This document shows positions 9,267 through 18,912 of a stretch of DNA of 64,000 nucleotides, piece after piece; position 1 is the first letter of the stretch, and the number at the start of each line of letters is the position of its first letter. The notes beneath the pieces are model-generated. The model was not told where the DNA came from. It searched no databases and saw nothing but the letters and a program-made list of their open reading frames with translations. The DNA is from Promethearchaeia archaeon. Its GTDB lineage: Archaea > Asgardarchaeota > Lokiarchaeia > Sigyniarchaeales > SOKP01. The stretch covers positions 8,588-72,587 of the forward strand of contig JAHQWJ010000148.1 in NCBI GenBank assembly GCA_029856125.1, given 5' to 3'. The position numbers were made by a program, and so were the translations under genes.

Positions 9267-10037
9267 TTGTTAGTAGCTGGATGTGATGTTGGTTCATTAA
9301 CAGGAAAAGCAGTAATATTACAGGATGGTGAAATTTTATGTTATAGTATTGTTCCTACAACACCCAAACCTGAGAAGACTGCTCAAAATGCAATGGATGC
9401 GGCACTTCAAAAAAAAAACTTATCTCTGAATGATATTGAATTCATTGTAGGGACGGGATATGGTAGAATAAAAATTCCTTTTGCCACGTCTCAAATATCA
9501 GAATTGACATGTCATGGTAAAGGCGCTCACTCTTTAATCCCATCAATTAGAACAATAATTGATGTGGGCGGTCAGGATTGTAAGGTAATTAAAGTGGATA
9601 AGAACGGAAAGATTCTGGATTTTGCCATGAATGATAAGTGTGCCGCAGGAACGGGACGATTTTTGGAAGTGATGGCTAGAACTCTGGAACTCAAGCTTGA
9701 AGAGCTCGGCCCTATATCTTTAGAGTCAAAGAATCAGGCTAAAATAACTGCTCAATGTAGCGTTTTTGCTGAAACAGAGGTAGTTAGTCTTATGGCTGAT
9801 GGTATAGAAGTATCAGACATAGTTGCGGGGATTCATGACGCTGTAGCCTCTAGAATTATGTCTCTTGTGTATAGAGTTGGCCTTGAAGAAGATTTGACAA
9901 TAACTGGAGGAGTAGCAAAGAATATAGGAGTTGTAACCTATTTAGAGAAAAGGCTGGAGGTCACATCTAAAAAATTACCGGTTGATCCTCAAATAATAGG
10001 AGCGTTAGGAGCTGCATTAACAGCAAAAGAACAATAA
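9267..10037 (+). CDS. Dehydratase activase (BcrAD/BadFG/HgdC-family ATPase)
   Basis: 256 aa with 'GCDVGSLTGKAV', 'DVGGQDCKVIKV' and 'DKCAAGTGRFLEVMA' (ASKHA fold with a bridging-cluster Cys). TTG start with AGAGGT upstream. Confidence 0.85.
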   Translation: MLVAGCDVGSLTGKAVILQDGEILCYSIVPTTPKPEKTAQNAMDAALQKKNLSLNDIEFIVGTGYGRIKIPFATSQISELTCHGKGAHSLIPSIRTIIDVGGQDCKVIKVDKNGKILDFAMNDKCAAGTGRFLEVMARTLELKLEELGPISLESKNQAKITAQCSVFAETEVVSLMADGIEVSDIVAGIHDAVASRIMSLVYRVGLEEDLTITGGVAKNIGVVTYLEKRLEVTSKKLPVDPQIIGALGAALTAKEQ

Positions 10038-10089
10038 AAAAAAATTATTTTTTATTTTAATTTTAAGAAAAAATCTATTTATTTCTTTA

Positions 10090-11349
10090 TCATTTAATCG
10101 TTTTCTCTATTAGCTGAGAAATATCGTATGCCTTGATTTCATCATTTTTAATATTAGTCTTGAATTGATTTAGACAAAATGGGCAAGATGAGACTATTGC
10201 TGAGGCATCAGTATCTTTAGCTTCTTCAATACGCTCACGAGCAGCGAATTCTGACAAGTCTTTAAATGCAGATCTCACTCCACCACCAGAACCACAACAC
10301 CATGCGTTATGCTTATTTCGATTCATCTCAACGAGTTCAATCCCCGGAATTTCTTCTAAAACAGCTCTGGGTTCTTTATACATTCCCATATGACGACCTA
10401 TATGGCAAGGATCATGATACGTTATTTTCATATTAACATTTTGTTTAAATTTTATTGTCCCATTTTTTAAGTTTCTTAGTATAAACTCGGGTAAATGCAA
10501 AACTTCAATTCCATGCTTAATTCCAAACTTTTTGGGATAAACTTCCTTTAACGCTCTATAACATCCAGCACAGGAGGTTATTATCTTTTCTACCCCCGAA
10601 TTCGTAAACATCTCAACATTACCTTCAGCTATTTTTCTTGCATAATCCACTTGACCCGTCATATATACAGGAGAACCACAACAACTTTCGTTTTCAAGAA
10701 TCTTAAAGTCAATACCAAGTGTATTCAAGATTCTAACGGTAGAAATAGCAATTTCTTTTTCTCGATAACTCGATGTACAACCAACAAAGTATGCTAATTT
10801 AGCGTTTGGAGATTGGAAAGCATCTGAAGGAAACCAATCTTGTCGACTTTCATGTTTTTCTCCATAAGGATTATGAAGATCTTCTACATATTTCGTATAC
10901 TGTTTTTGTTCGGGCATTGGACCATATCCCGCTCGAACGGCTTCTTCTCTCATCGCCATTAACCATTCGCCAGCATAAGTGTGAAGCTCTGGTATTTGAC
11001 ATTGCTGTGTGCATGCTAAACATAAAGAACATTCGTAAAAAATCCGAGCTAGATTATTAGTCCATTTTAGTTTATTTGACATTAAACCCCAAGAAAGCAA
11101 ATTTTTTCCTCCCAAATAATAAGCTTCAAATTGCCCAAATTCACCTGAGGGACAAACCCGAGCCCAATTAACATCTTGAAAAACAGTTCTACAGGTTCCA
11201 CATTTTCCACATTGGTATATTATATCCTTATAATGTTCAATTTCTTTATGTCTATCTATCTCATGATCTTCTTGTTTCATATCTATCTTTTCTATACCCG
11301 TACCTCTTATATATCTGATTTTCTTTGCCATACTAACTACCCCAACCAT
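10090..11349 (-). CDS. (Fe-S)-binding CCG-domain oxidoreductase, GlcF/HdrD-like
   Basis: 419 aa. Two ferredoxin-type motifs ('CGKCGTCRTV..CP', 'CSLCLACTQQC') and two CCG-type motifs ('CCGS', 'CCGSGGG'). An alternative ATG at 11331 sits 1 nt after the upstream stop. Confidence 0.75.
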   Translation of the reverse strand: MVGVVSMAKKIRYIRGTGIEKIDMKQEDHEIDRHKEIEHYKDIIYQCGKCGTCRTVFQDVNWARVCPSGEFGQFEAYYLGGKNLLSWGLMSNKLKWTNNLARIFYECSLCLACTQQCQIPELHTYAGEWLMAMREEAVRAGYGPMPEQKQYTKYVEDLHNPYGEKHESRQDWFPSDAFQSPNAKLAYFVGCTSSYREKEIAISTVRILNTLGIDFKILENESCCGSPVYMTGQVDYARKIAEGNVEMFTNSGVEKIITSCAGCYRALKEVYPKKFGIKHGIEVLHLPEFILRNLKNGTIKFKQNVNMKITYHDPCHIGRHMGMYKEPRAVLEEIPGIELVEMNRNKHNAWCCGSGGGVRSAFKDLSEFAARERIEEAKDTDASAIVSSCPFCLNQFKTNIKNDEIKAYDISQLIEKTIK

Positions 11350-12754
11350 GTCCTGGATTCATTATCGCATTTGGATCCAAAAGCTTTTTTATTTTTTTGA
11401 TCAATTCGTTAGTAGCTGGTAATGTCTTTTCCTCATATACCTCATGAGCCCAAAGTGGAGCCTTATACATTACAACACCATCAATTGATTGAACTTCTTC
11501 ATGAATTTCCTTTAATACTTGGCGAGCAGATTCAATTTCCTCGGGATCGTCTTTATTAAAATTTATGTTAGTTCGAGCAACACAATAATGACCGCCAAAT
11601 AAAATTCGGGAGTAAAATTGCGGAGTACGTCCGTATTTTAGAGCTTTTTCTCTTGCTAGAGCGTAAAATTTTGCAATGTCTCGAGTTGAACAATAACTCC
11701 CAATCCATTGGCCCCCACCTCCCCTAGAGAAATTCCAGCACCCCCATAATTGAATTGGTATCGCATCAAGAAGAGTTGTATCAATTCCTTGGGGTTCAAT
11801 AAGCCCACCTTCTTTTAAGATGGCTTCAATTGCTTCGCATTGAGCTTCATGTTGTTTTTGGGTATAGGCTTGTGTAGTAATAATTCCTGCGAAATCTGGT
11901 AATTTTTTTTCTAAGGGATCTATAGGAATCTTATTTTCATTTGCAGCGAATGAGGATTGAAGCCACCCATAATTTTGAATTACAAGATCACATATACCTA
12001 AACCCACCTTAGAAAGCTTAAGCATAACTGGGACTCCATCATCCATAGTTCTCCCCATCACAACATAATTCCTTCGATATGGTAGTTTTGGCCATAATTT
12101 TATAGCCGCTTTAGTCACGATTCCTGTAGTGCCTTCCCAGCCAATGAACAAACCTGCTAAATCAGGTAATGGTTGCCTTCCATACCAGTAATCAGAAAGA
12201 CAACAAGAACCTACTTTCACTAATTCACCCGAACCTAAGACAGCTTCTAAACCATTAATGAATTCTGCTCCTGTTCCACCAAGCATTCCCAAATCAAACA
12301 TACCATAACATAAGCAAGAAGCTACTACCCCTGTTCCGGGTGGTGACCAAGTTACGCCCGCTCTTAAACCAGAATGGTGTTTTTCAAGATATCCTACTAA
12401 ATCGGCCCATGTAGTTCCCCCTTCGACTAAAGCATACATATCATCTTCATTTACTTCAATTATTCGATTCAGCCTTCTCAGGTCAACAACAATTCCTCCC
12501 TTTATTGGAGTAGCAGTAGAACCAAAGTTGATCCCCGAAACCCAAGGTACTAGTGGAATTTTGTGATTATTTGCAATTTTAACGATTTCTTGGACTTCTT
12601 CTGCTGAATTTGGCATTATTACAATATCACATATTCCTTCTGGTTCAGCCGTGATAAAATCGTAGTGATAGAGAAATGTTATTTCAGGTTGATCTGAAAC
12701 GTATTTTTCTCCAACAACTTTTCCTAATTCATTAACTATTTCACTATTAATCAT
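11333..12754 (-). CDS. FAD-linked oxidase, GlcD / D-2-hydroxyacid dehydrogenase-like
   Basis: 473 aa. PCMH-type FAD-binding N-terminus ('IVIMPNSAEEVQEIVKIANNHKIPLVPWVSGINFG') and C-terminal 'LDPNAIMNPG'. Confidence 0.8.
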   Translation of the reverse strand: MINSEIVNELGKVVGEKYVSDQPEITFLYHYDFITAEPEGICDIVIMPNSAEEVQEIVKIANNHKIPLVPWVSGINFGSTATPIKGGIVVDLRRLNRIIEVNEDDMYALVEGGTTWADLVGYLEKHHSGLRAGVTWSPPGTGVVASCLCYGMFDLGMLGGTGAEFINGLEAVLGSGELVKVGSCCLSDYWYGRQPLPDLAGLFIGWEGTTGIVTKAAIKLWPKLPYRRNYVVMGRTMDDGVPVMLKLSKVGLGICDLVIQNYGWLQSSFAANENKIPIDPLEKKLPDFAGIITTQAYTQKQHEAQCEAIEAILKEGGLIEPQGIDTTLLDAIPIQLWGCWNFSRGGGGQWIGSYCSTRDIAKFYALAREKALKYGRTPQFYSRILFGGHYCVARTNINFNKDDPEEIESARQVLKEIHEEVQSIDGVVMYKAPLWAHEVYEEKTLPATNELIKKIKKLLDPNAIMNPGHGWGS

Positions 12755-12881
12755 AATTTATTCACCCATTAAATAATATTAATTCGCACCCATTATTTAA
12801 ATAAATTTTTGAGAATTTAATTTTTATTTAACCAAATTATTATTTAAATATAAAGAAACAAGTATAGAAGTCCCATCAGTA

Positions 12882-13979
12882 ATGAGAAAAAAAATTAAAG
12901 TCTTTGGTGCTGCAGTTGATGCGAGTGACTTCCCTCTTAGTATTCAGATGAAACTTGCCTACTTAAATCAATTAGCTCAAAATTTTGGTAAGAGGACAAA
13001 TTTCATTGATCCCTACGAAGCTTTTCTTATGCATTCTAGTATTTTAACAGAGCAAAAATTCCTCAAGATTGGTAAATTTCCTATTGACTCTTGGCTAACA
13101 CCTAAACCCAAACTGGAAGATTCCCATCTAATAAATCAATTAAATTTTTCAAAATTTACAAATGATGGCTTATTAAAACCAATTTCAGATAAACTTAAGA
13201 GATATATAACTACTAGTGTATTGCCAGACATTCCCCTAATGGTTGGAGTGGATCACTCGCTAACGGGAGGAGTTTTGACTGCTCTTTCTAAAGAATACGG
13301 ACCTGAAAATCTATTAGTCTTAATTTTTGACGCCCATTTTGATGGATTACCAGCGAATATATCAATCGACATCGCAAAATATACAAACGAACATCCCAAT
13401 GAAGTAAATCCTTTAATACCTGAATATTATTATTCACAAATGGAAGGTCGTGAGATTAGAAATACTTACACATGTGCTTCGTTTCTAAATAATTTGATAA
13501 ATGCGAAAATCATAAGACCTGAAAATTTGATAATTTTTGGATGTCAAGATTATCCAGATGAAAAATATCGAGCCTTAAATGACCCAAGAATTGTAGAATT
13601 TGTTGAGTTTTATGATACAATGGAAAGAAACGGTGTTAAATTCATACCCAAAGCAGAACCTTCACAAATGCTTGATAAATTAAAGCAAATCCTAAAGGAT
13701 ACAGCGAAATCAAATTTTTATCTGTCCTTTGACGTAGATGTTGGTGCTTTAAAAGAAATTATTGCTTCTCGATTTAGAAATGTTCTAGGACTTGATCAAT
13801 CTACTATCCTTAGTGCTGCTAAAATAATTAACAACACAATAAAAACCGCTAATAATAAGCTAGTCGGTCTTGATGTGATGGAAATTGAAACTTATTTGTT
13901 GAAAAAGGTTTTTCCTAAGTCAGGGAGGGAAGATCAAACAATTGAAGTGGTGGATAATTTTCTTAGAATCTTTTTTTAA
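12882..13979 (+). CDS. Arginase/agmatinase/formiminoglutamase-family (ureohydrolase) protein, divergent
   Basis: 365 aa. Metal-site-like blocks 'VGVDHSLTGG', 'IFDAHFDG' and 'LSFDVDVGAL'. Confidence 0.55.
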   Translation: MRKKIKVFGAAVDASDFPLSIQMKLAYLNQLAQNFGKRTNFIDPYEAFLMHSSILTEQKFLKIGKFPIDSWLTPKPKLEDSHLINQLNFSKFTNDGLLKPISDKLKRYITTSVLPDIPLMVGVDHSLTGGVLTALSKEYGPENLLVLIFDAHFDGLPANISIDIAKYTNEHPNEVNPLIPEYYYSQMEGREIRNTYTCASFLNNLINAKIIRPENLIIFGCQDYPDEKYRALNDPRIVEFVEFYDTMERNGVKFIPKAEPSQMLDKLKQILKDTAKSNFYLSFDVDVGALKEIIASRFRNVLGLDQSTILSAAKIINNTIKTANNKLVGLDVMEIETYLLKKVFPKSGREDQTIEVVDNFLRIFF

Positions 13980-14031
13980 TTAAAATGGATTTTTTATTAA
14001 TTAAAAAAAAAAATAGGAATTAATTTGATGC

Positions 14032-14430
14032 CTATTTCTTCTCTTCTCTTAGATAGAAAAAGACATTGAAGACAATTAATACTATCATTACTATGGTGTC
14101 TAACCAATGAAAGACGAGATTAGTTGCTGAGCGAGTTACGTATATATTAGAGGTAAGATTGACAAGAGCCATTATAATAAGAGCTATAATCGCAAATAAA
14201 TAAAACAATTTGATATGTTCCCAATCTCCTTTTAGTATTCCAAGCAAAATTGGAATTCCCATAGCAATTAAGACTCCACCAAAAAGACGCCAAAAGTGAG
14301 GATCAAAATAGGGGGCATCGTTAAGAGAATATACAGCTTCTGGAAGAAACACATACATTATACCATAGACGAATGCGACGATCATGTTAATAATTAACAC
14401 AATTTTCATTTCTTTTGAGAATTCTGCCAT
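14032..14430 (-). CDS. Small integral membrane protein (4 predicted helices)
   Basis: 132 aa, almost entirely hydrophobic segments. Confidence 0.45.
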   Translation of the reverse strand: MAEFSKEMKIVLIINMIVAFVYGIMYVFLPEAVYSLNDAPYFDPHFWRLFGGVLIAMGIPILLGILKGDWEHIKLFYLFAIIALIIMALVNLTSNIYVTRSATNLVFHWLDTIVMIVLIVFNVFFYLREEKK

Positions 14431-14634
14431 GATTTTTATGCCTTGAATTTAGTTTTATTAGTTTTATAAAAAAATTACGAATAATTATTATGAATAATAC
14501 GCAAGACGCATATAAAAGGTTTTACAATAATGTAAATCAAAGTGTAATAATAAAGGGATTTTATGATTTACTAGCTTGGTATTTCATACAAAATTATAAA
14601 AAGAATAAAAAAGATTAGCCATCTTGATTGTTAA

Positions 14635-15342
14635 TTATTTGAGAACAAAGTACATTCTCCTATTATTCTTTCCCTTATTTACCGTTTTAGTCATCTCAAT
14701 TTCGCCAATTTCCATGAGACTTTTAACGTGGGTTCCACCGTCTACTTGTTTATCGATGTCTCCGATTTTAACTATGCGGAATTCTTGTAAGTTTTTAGGT
14801 AAGCCAACTGCTAATCTTGCAAGCTCGGGTTCTTCCAGGACAGCGGCTCTAGACATCGTCTCAATAGTGATGGGAAGGTCGTGCTTAATAATTTCGTTAG
14901 CTTCTTCAACAAAGGTCCGCAATTTTTCTGGTGAATAATCCTCCATAGAGAAATCCATTCGTGCTTTGTCTAATTCAATCTGGTTTCCGGTGATTTTAGC
15001 GTTCGTTCTACGATATAGCAGGTTTGAAAGAAGATGACAAGCAGTATGGTATCGCATATATGTATATCGCCTCACCCAATCGATTTCGCACGAAACTAAG
15101 TCTCCTTCTTTTAGTCCCGGTTTTTCTACTTCGTGGCTAATTTCTCCAGAAAATTTACCTACATACACTACCTTGAATTTCTCACCATTTTTGATTATAT
15201 ATCCTTCGTCCCATGGTTGGCCGCCTCCTTTAGGATAAAAGGCGGTTTTATTAAGGACAATGAATTTATCATCTTTCACAGAAATAACTTTTGCATCCCA
15301 CGTCTTTAAATAGGAGTCGTTCATGTATAAAGCTTCAGTCAT
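14635..15342 (-). CDS. alaX: Alanyl-tRNA editing protein AlaX (Ser/Gly-tRNA(Ala) deacylase)
   Basis: 'YMRYHTACHLL' and 'DGGTHV' zinc motifs of the Thr/Ala-tRNA synthetase second additional domain. I prefer the ATG at 15342 ('MTEALYMNDSYLKTWDAKV') over the longer ORF ending at 15405. Confidence 0.75.
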   Translation of the reverse strand: MTEALYMNDSYLKTWDAKVISVKDDKFIVLNKTAFYPKGGGQPWDEGYIIKNGEKFKVVYVGKFSGEISHEVEKPGLKEGDLVSCEIDWVRRYTYMRYHTACHLLSNLLYRRTNAKITGNQIELDKARMDFSMEDYSPEKLRTFVEEANEIIKHDLPITIETMSRAAVLEEPELARLAVGLPKNLQEFRIVKIGDIDKQVDGGTHVKSLMEIGEIEMTKTVNKGKNNRRMYFVLK

Positions 15343-15539
15343 AGAGTATAAAAAAGTAGTTATGCTTATAATTTTGATCTTAAAAAATTTTTGTTTACAA
15401 CGCACAAAATTAACAGAAATGTATACAAAGAAGACCTCTTTAACATTTTTGTATATGTATAATGAATAATTATGCTAAATTTTAAATCCTTTTAAATTTT
15501 TAAGAGAAATAATTAAATAAATTAATTTATCGACAAAAA

Positions 15540-18179
15540 ATGAAAAATCTAAAGAATTGTATAATTTTATCTGTATTTGTATCAATACTTTTGATGCCAA
15601 TCACTTTTCATCTAATAGATATACAAGGGAATAATAAAAATGATGAGCTAGAATTTGGTTATCTAAATTCTGCAGGTTCTTGGGTGTTAGCCCCATTTGC
15701 AATTAATCCCTACGGCACGCGAGACTATACATGGATTGAAGCTAATGCAACTGAATGGTGTTCTGGAGCAGGAACGGAATTAGATCCTTGGATAATAGAA
15801 AATGTTACTATTGATTCTGGAGGCTTAAGTCATTGTTTAGAAATAGGTCAATCAGTTGATTATTTTATCATTAGAAATTGTACGTTTAACAACGCTTATC
15901 CAAATTATGGTATTTATAGTTGGAGTACGAGTAATGGGATTATCGAAGATTGCACTTTTTTTGATAACTTATATGGGGTATACATAAGCGGTAGTGCTGA
16001 GAATAATACGCTTCAACATAATTATTTCTATAACAATACTGGAGCAAACGTTAGGCTTTCCGGTTCGTCTACTTGTATTAATAATACTATTTCCAACAAT
16101 ATATTCGTTAATCGCCTTACTGCCACACTCCCAACAGGGCTTAGGATTCAAGGATACAACAATAAAATAATCAACAATACGGTGGATAATTTTTTCTGGG
16201 GAGTAAATTTAGACTATGCTCACGATACAATAATAAAATCAAACACTTTCATTTCATCGTGGCGAGGGATATCTATGGGAAGCAACAATTTTAATGCCAC
16301 AGTTTTTAATAACACGATAAGAGATAATCACAATGATTATGGCGTGTATGTGAATGGTAATGGATCACTATTTTATAGGAACAGATTCATTAACAATAAC
16401 ATAAACGCAAAAGATAGTGGTAATTTCAATCGTTGGGATAATGAAGTAATAGGGAACTATTGGGACGATTATGGAGGATTAGATCTCAACGATGATGGTA
16501 TAGGTGATACGGCTTATATTCTTCCTGATTCTGGAGGTTCACAAGATAATTATCCTATCTGGGACGATGGTTTTAATGGTACTAAAATTCATATTGATGA
16601 TACTGGTGTTAATTCATTTGATTGGGAATCTGCTTCTAAACTGATTTGGTGCACTGGTTCCGGAACGTACGATGATCCTTACACTATCCAAGACTTAGCG
16701 ATTGACGCTGGTAATGTTGGTTCACCTATTTTTATTGAAAGCTCAAGCGTCTATTTCGTTATAGAAAACTGTAATTTGACAAATTCTCAAGCAACTGGAG
16801 AGGACGCAGGTATTAAGTTTGAAGATGTATACAATGGCAAAATAGTTGAGAACAATATAACAGATAACTATGCCGGTGTCAAATTAATACGTAGCGATAA
16901 TAACTCGATTTCAGCAAACTATATCTACGATAATACAGGGCAAGGAATAGTTCTTCAACAAAGCAAATATAATGTGATTGCGGGTAATACTGCAAACAAT
17001 AGTAATTATTATGGTCTAATAATTGTTTCCGCGAGTCATAATAATACAATAGAAGAAAACACTTTTGGCAATAATAAGGGAGCTAGTGGATACGGTTCAG
17101 GAATTAAAATATCTGGTAGCAACGATTGTGAAATATCAGAGAATCTGTTAAGCGATAACGATCAAGGAATTAGGATTACTGATAATTCCCATGGCAATAA
17201 ATTCTACGACAATGTAATTCATAACAACGCAAAGTATGGCATTCTGATACAAGATCTTACTAGAAATTGTAATAATTCCGTTTTTTACAACAATAGCCTC
17301 AAAAATCCTCTAGGAATTAACGCTTACGATAATGGATCGAATTCTGAATGGGATAATGGGATACGTGGAAATTTCTGGAATGATTATGAAGGTGCTGATA
17401 ATAACGGAGATGGAATTGGAGACACACCATATTTAATCAGTGGTGATGCTAATAGACAAGACAATTATCCAATATGGAACAAAGGTGACGAAATATACCC
17501 TACAATATCAATTAATTCTCCCTCTGGAGGATCTATCTTTGGAACTGATGCTCCTACGTATAGTCTAAATATCTTTGACTTGTACTTAAATTCGTCTTGG
17601 TATACACTAAATAACTCAGCAACCAGATATTTTTTCACACCGAGTAATGGAAATAATGTCGTCATTATTGATGAAACCGGATGGGATATTTTTTCTGATG
17701 GATCAATGCTAATGACTTTTTACATAAACGATACTGGCGGGAATATTGCAAGTGTCTCAAATATGATCGAAAAAGATGTAACCAATCCTACGATTGCATT
17801 AAATTCTCCTATTGGAGGTACAGTATTTGGTTCTGACGCTCCGCAATTCAACTTAACAATATTCGACTTAAATTTACACGATGCATGGTATACAATAGGC
17901 TCTTCTGTTACGCCACACTCTTTCTCGCCTAGTAATGGTATAAACATTATCCCGATTGACGAAAGTAGCTGGGATACCCTCCCTGATGGTAGTATTACAA
18001 TTGATTTCTTTGTAAATGATATCGCTGGAAATATTCACACTATTCAAGTTATTCTTACTAAGGACCTACCTTCAAGTGATCCAGAACCAGCAATTCCTTT
18101 TGGAGATTATTACATCTTATTTCTTGGAATTGGAATCGCCGCGATATTAGTAGTAGAGCGTAAAAAAAGGAAAAAGTAA
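15540..18179 (+). CDS. Secreted, C-terminally anchored right-handed parallel beta-helix (PbH1/NosD-like) surface protein
   Basis: 879 aa. N-terminal signal-like helix, many N-x-[ST]-rich beta-helix turns, and two 'N[YF]W[DN]DY.G.D.N.DGIGDT.Y......QDNYPIW' blocks. Two 96-aa tandem domains precede a C-terminal TM helix and 'ERKKRKK'. Confidence 0.7.
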   Translation: MKNLKNCIILSVFVSILLMPITFHLIDIQGNNKNDELEFGYLNSAGSWVLAPFAINPYGTRDYTWIEANATEWCSGAGTELDPWIIENVTIDSGGLSHCLEIGQSVDYFIIRNCTFNNAYPNYGIYSWSTSNGIIEDCTFFDNLYGVYISGSAENNTLQHNYFYNNTGANVRLSGSSTCINNTISNNIFVNRLTATLPTGLRIQGYNNKIINNTVDNFFWGVNLDYAHDTIIKSNTFISSWRGISMGSNNFNATVFNNTIRDNHNDYGVYVNGNGSLFYRNRFINNNINAKDSGNFNRWDNEVIGNYWDDYGGLDLNDDGIGDTAYILPDSGGSQDNYPIWDDGFNGTKIHIDDTGVNSFDWESASKLIWCTGSGTYDDPYTIQDLAIDAGNVGSPIFIESSSVYFVIENCNLTNSQATGEDAGIKFEDVYNGKIVENNITDNYAGVKLIRSDNNSISANYIYDNTGQGIVLQQSKYNVIAGNTANNSNYYGLIIVSASHNNTIEENTFGNNKGASGYGSGIKISGSNDCEISENLLSDNDQGIRITDNSHGNKFYDNVIHNNAKYGILIQDLTRNCNNSVFYNNSLKNPLGINAYDNGSNSEWDNGIRGNFWNDYEGADNNGDGIGDTPYLISGDANRQDNYPIWNKGDEIYPTISINSPSGGSIFGTDAPTYSLNIFDLYLNSSWYTLNNSATRYFFTPSNGNNVVIIDETGWDIFSDGSMLMTFYINDTGGNIASVSNMIEKDVTNPTIALNSPIGGTVFGSDAPQFNLTIFDLNLHDAWYTIGSSVTPHSFSPSNGINIIPIDESSWDTLPDGSITIDFFVNDIAGNIHTIQVILTKDLPSSDPEPAIPFGDYYILFLGIGIAAILVVERKKRKK
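17499..18074 (+). repeat. Tandem duplication of a 288-nt (96-aa) domain inside the surface-protein gene
   Basis: 'PTISINSPSGGSIFGTDAPTYSLNIFDLYLNSSWYTL...' (from 17499) versus 'PTIALNSPIGGTVFGSDAPQFNLTIFDLNLHDAWYTI...' (from 17787). Confidence 0.75.
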
Positions 18180-18191
18180 CCAAAAAATCTC

Positions 18192-18204
18192 TTTTTTTTT
18201 TTTT
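18192..18204 (+). terminator. Oligo-T tract (13 T), candidate archaeal-type terminator
   Basis: A run of 13 T begins 13 nt after the stop at 18179. Confidence 0.4.
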
Positions 18205-18215
18205 AATTTATTTCA

Positions 18216-18368
18216 TTATTCTTTCTCGTAAAGTTCTCCGGGTTTCGCACCGCAGAAAGCTTCAATCTTTAAGAATTTCATTTCTTTGGAACAATTAGGG
18301 CAAAAAAACTTTCCCGGTTCTTTATTTTCGAAAGAATAACCACATTCTTTGCAAGCTACAGCATTCAT
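18216..18368 (-). CDS. Unannotated 50-aa zinc-ribbon mini-protein
   Basis: Hand translation: MNAVACKECGYSFENKEPGKFFCPNCSKEMKFLKIEAFCGAKPGELYEKE. It has a CxxC...CxxC pair and is below the 60-aa cutoff of the ORF track. Confidence 0.45.
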   Translation of the reverse strand: MNAVACKECGYSFENKEPGKFFCPNCSKEMKFLKIEAFCGAKPGELYEKE

Positions 18369-18611
18369 ATTATTCAAATGAGGAATAGAATTTTAAAATG
18401 TTCTTATTATGAAAAGAAGATGATTCATTTAATTTTATATTGAAAAATAAGGTTTCTTAAGGTTATTACATAATATAAAAGTCAAATCGGTAAAAAGTGA
18501 AAATTTATACCCCTTAACCTTTAGCGAGGTTGTCAACAAACATCTATAATTTTTTATATTTGTTTCATTCTTCAAAGGGTATTTCATTTTATTATCGCAC
18601 AAAGCTCCCTA

Positions 18612-18722
18612 TCACTTAAATCTTAGCGTAAAGAACTTAGTAAATTTTTCACATACATGACAATAATAGTAGCCTTCTTTTGAGCCACTAGCTTTTGTTC
18701 TACAATTAAGACAAAATATCAT
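18612..18722 (-). CDS. Unannotated 36-aa zinc-ribbon mini-protein (tentative)
   Basis: Hand translation: MIFCLNCRTKASGSKEGYYYCHVCEKFTKFFTLRFK, with a CxxC...CxxC pair. Confidence 0.3.
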   Translation of the reverse strand: MIFCLNCRTKASGSKEGYYYCHVCEKFTKFFTLRFK

Positions 18723-18912
18723 TTTAATCACTTATTAAAGCGCTCGATTCGTTTTAAAGCTTCAATTTATAAGATATAGGTGGATAATTGGCTTGATTAA
18801 TATTTAAAAATGTAAGGAATTTAAGGTAAAACTATATATTTTAAAGAATTTATAATAATTCTCAGATATATCATATTATTTTAATACCGAATTATAATAT
18901 CAAGTGTTATAT

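Noticed and set aside
14624-14938. 104-aa plus-strand ORF
   Set aside because: It lies entirely antisense to the AlaX gene, which has diagnostic zinc-binding motifs.
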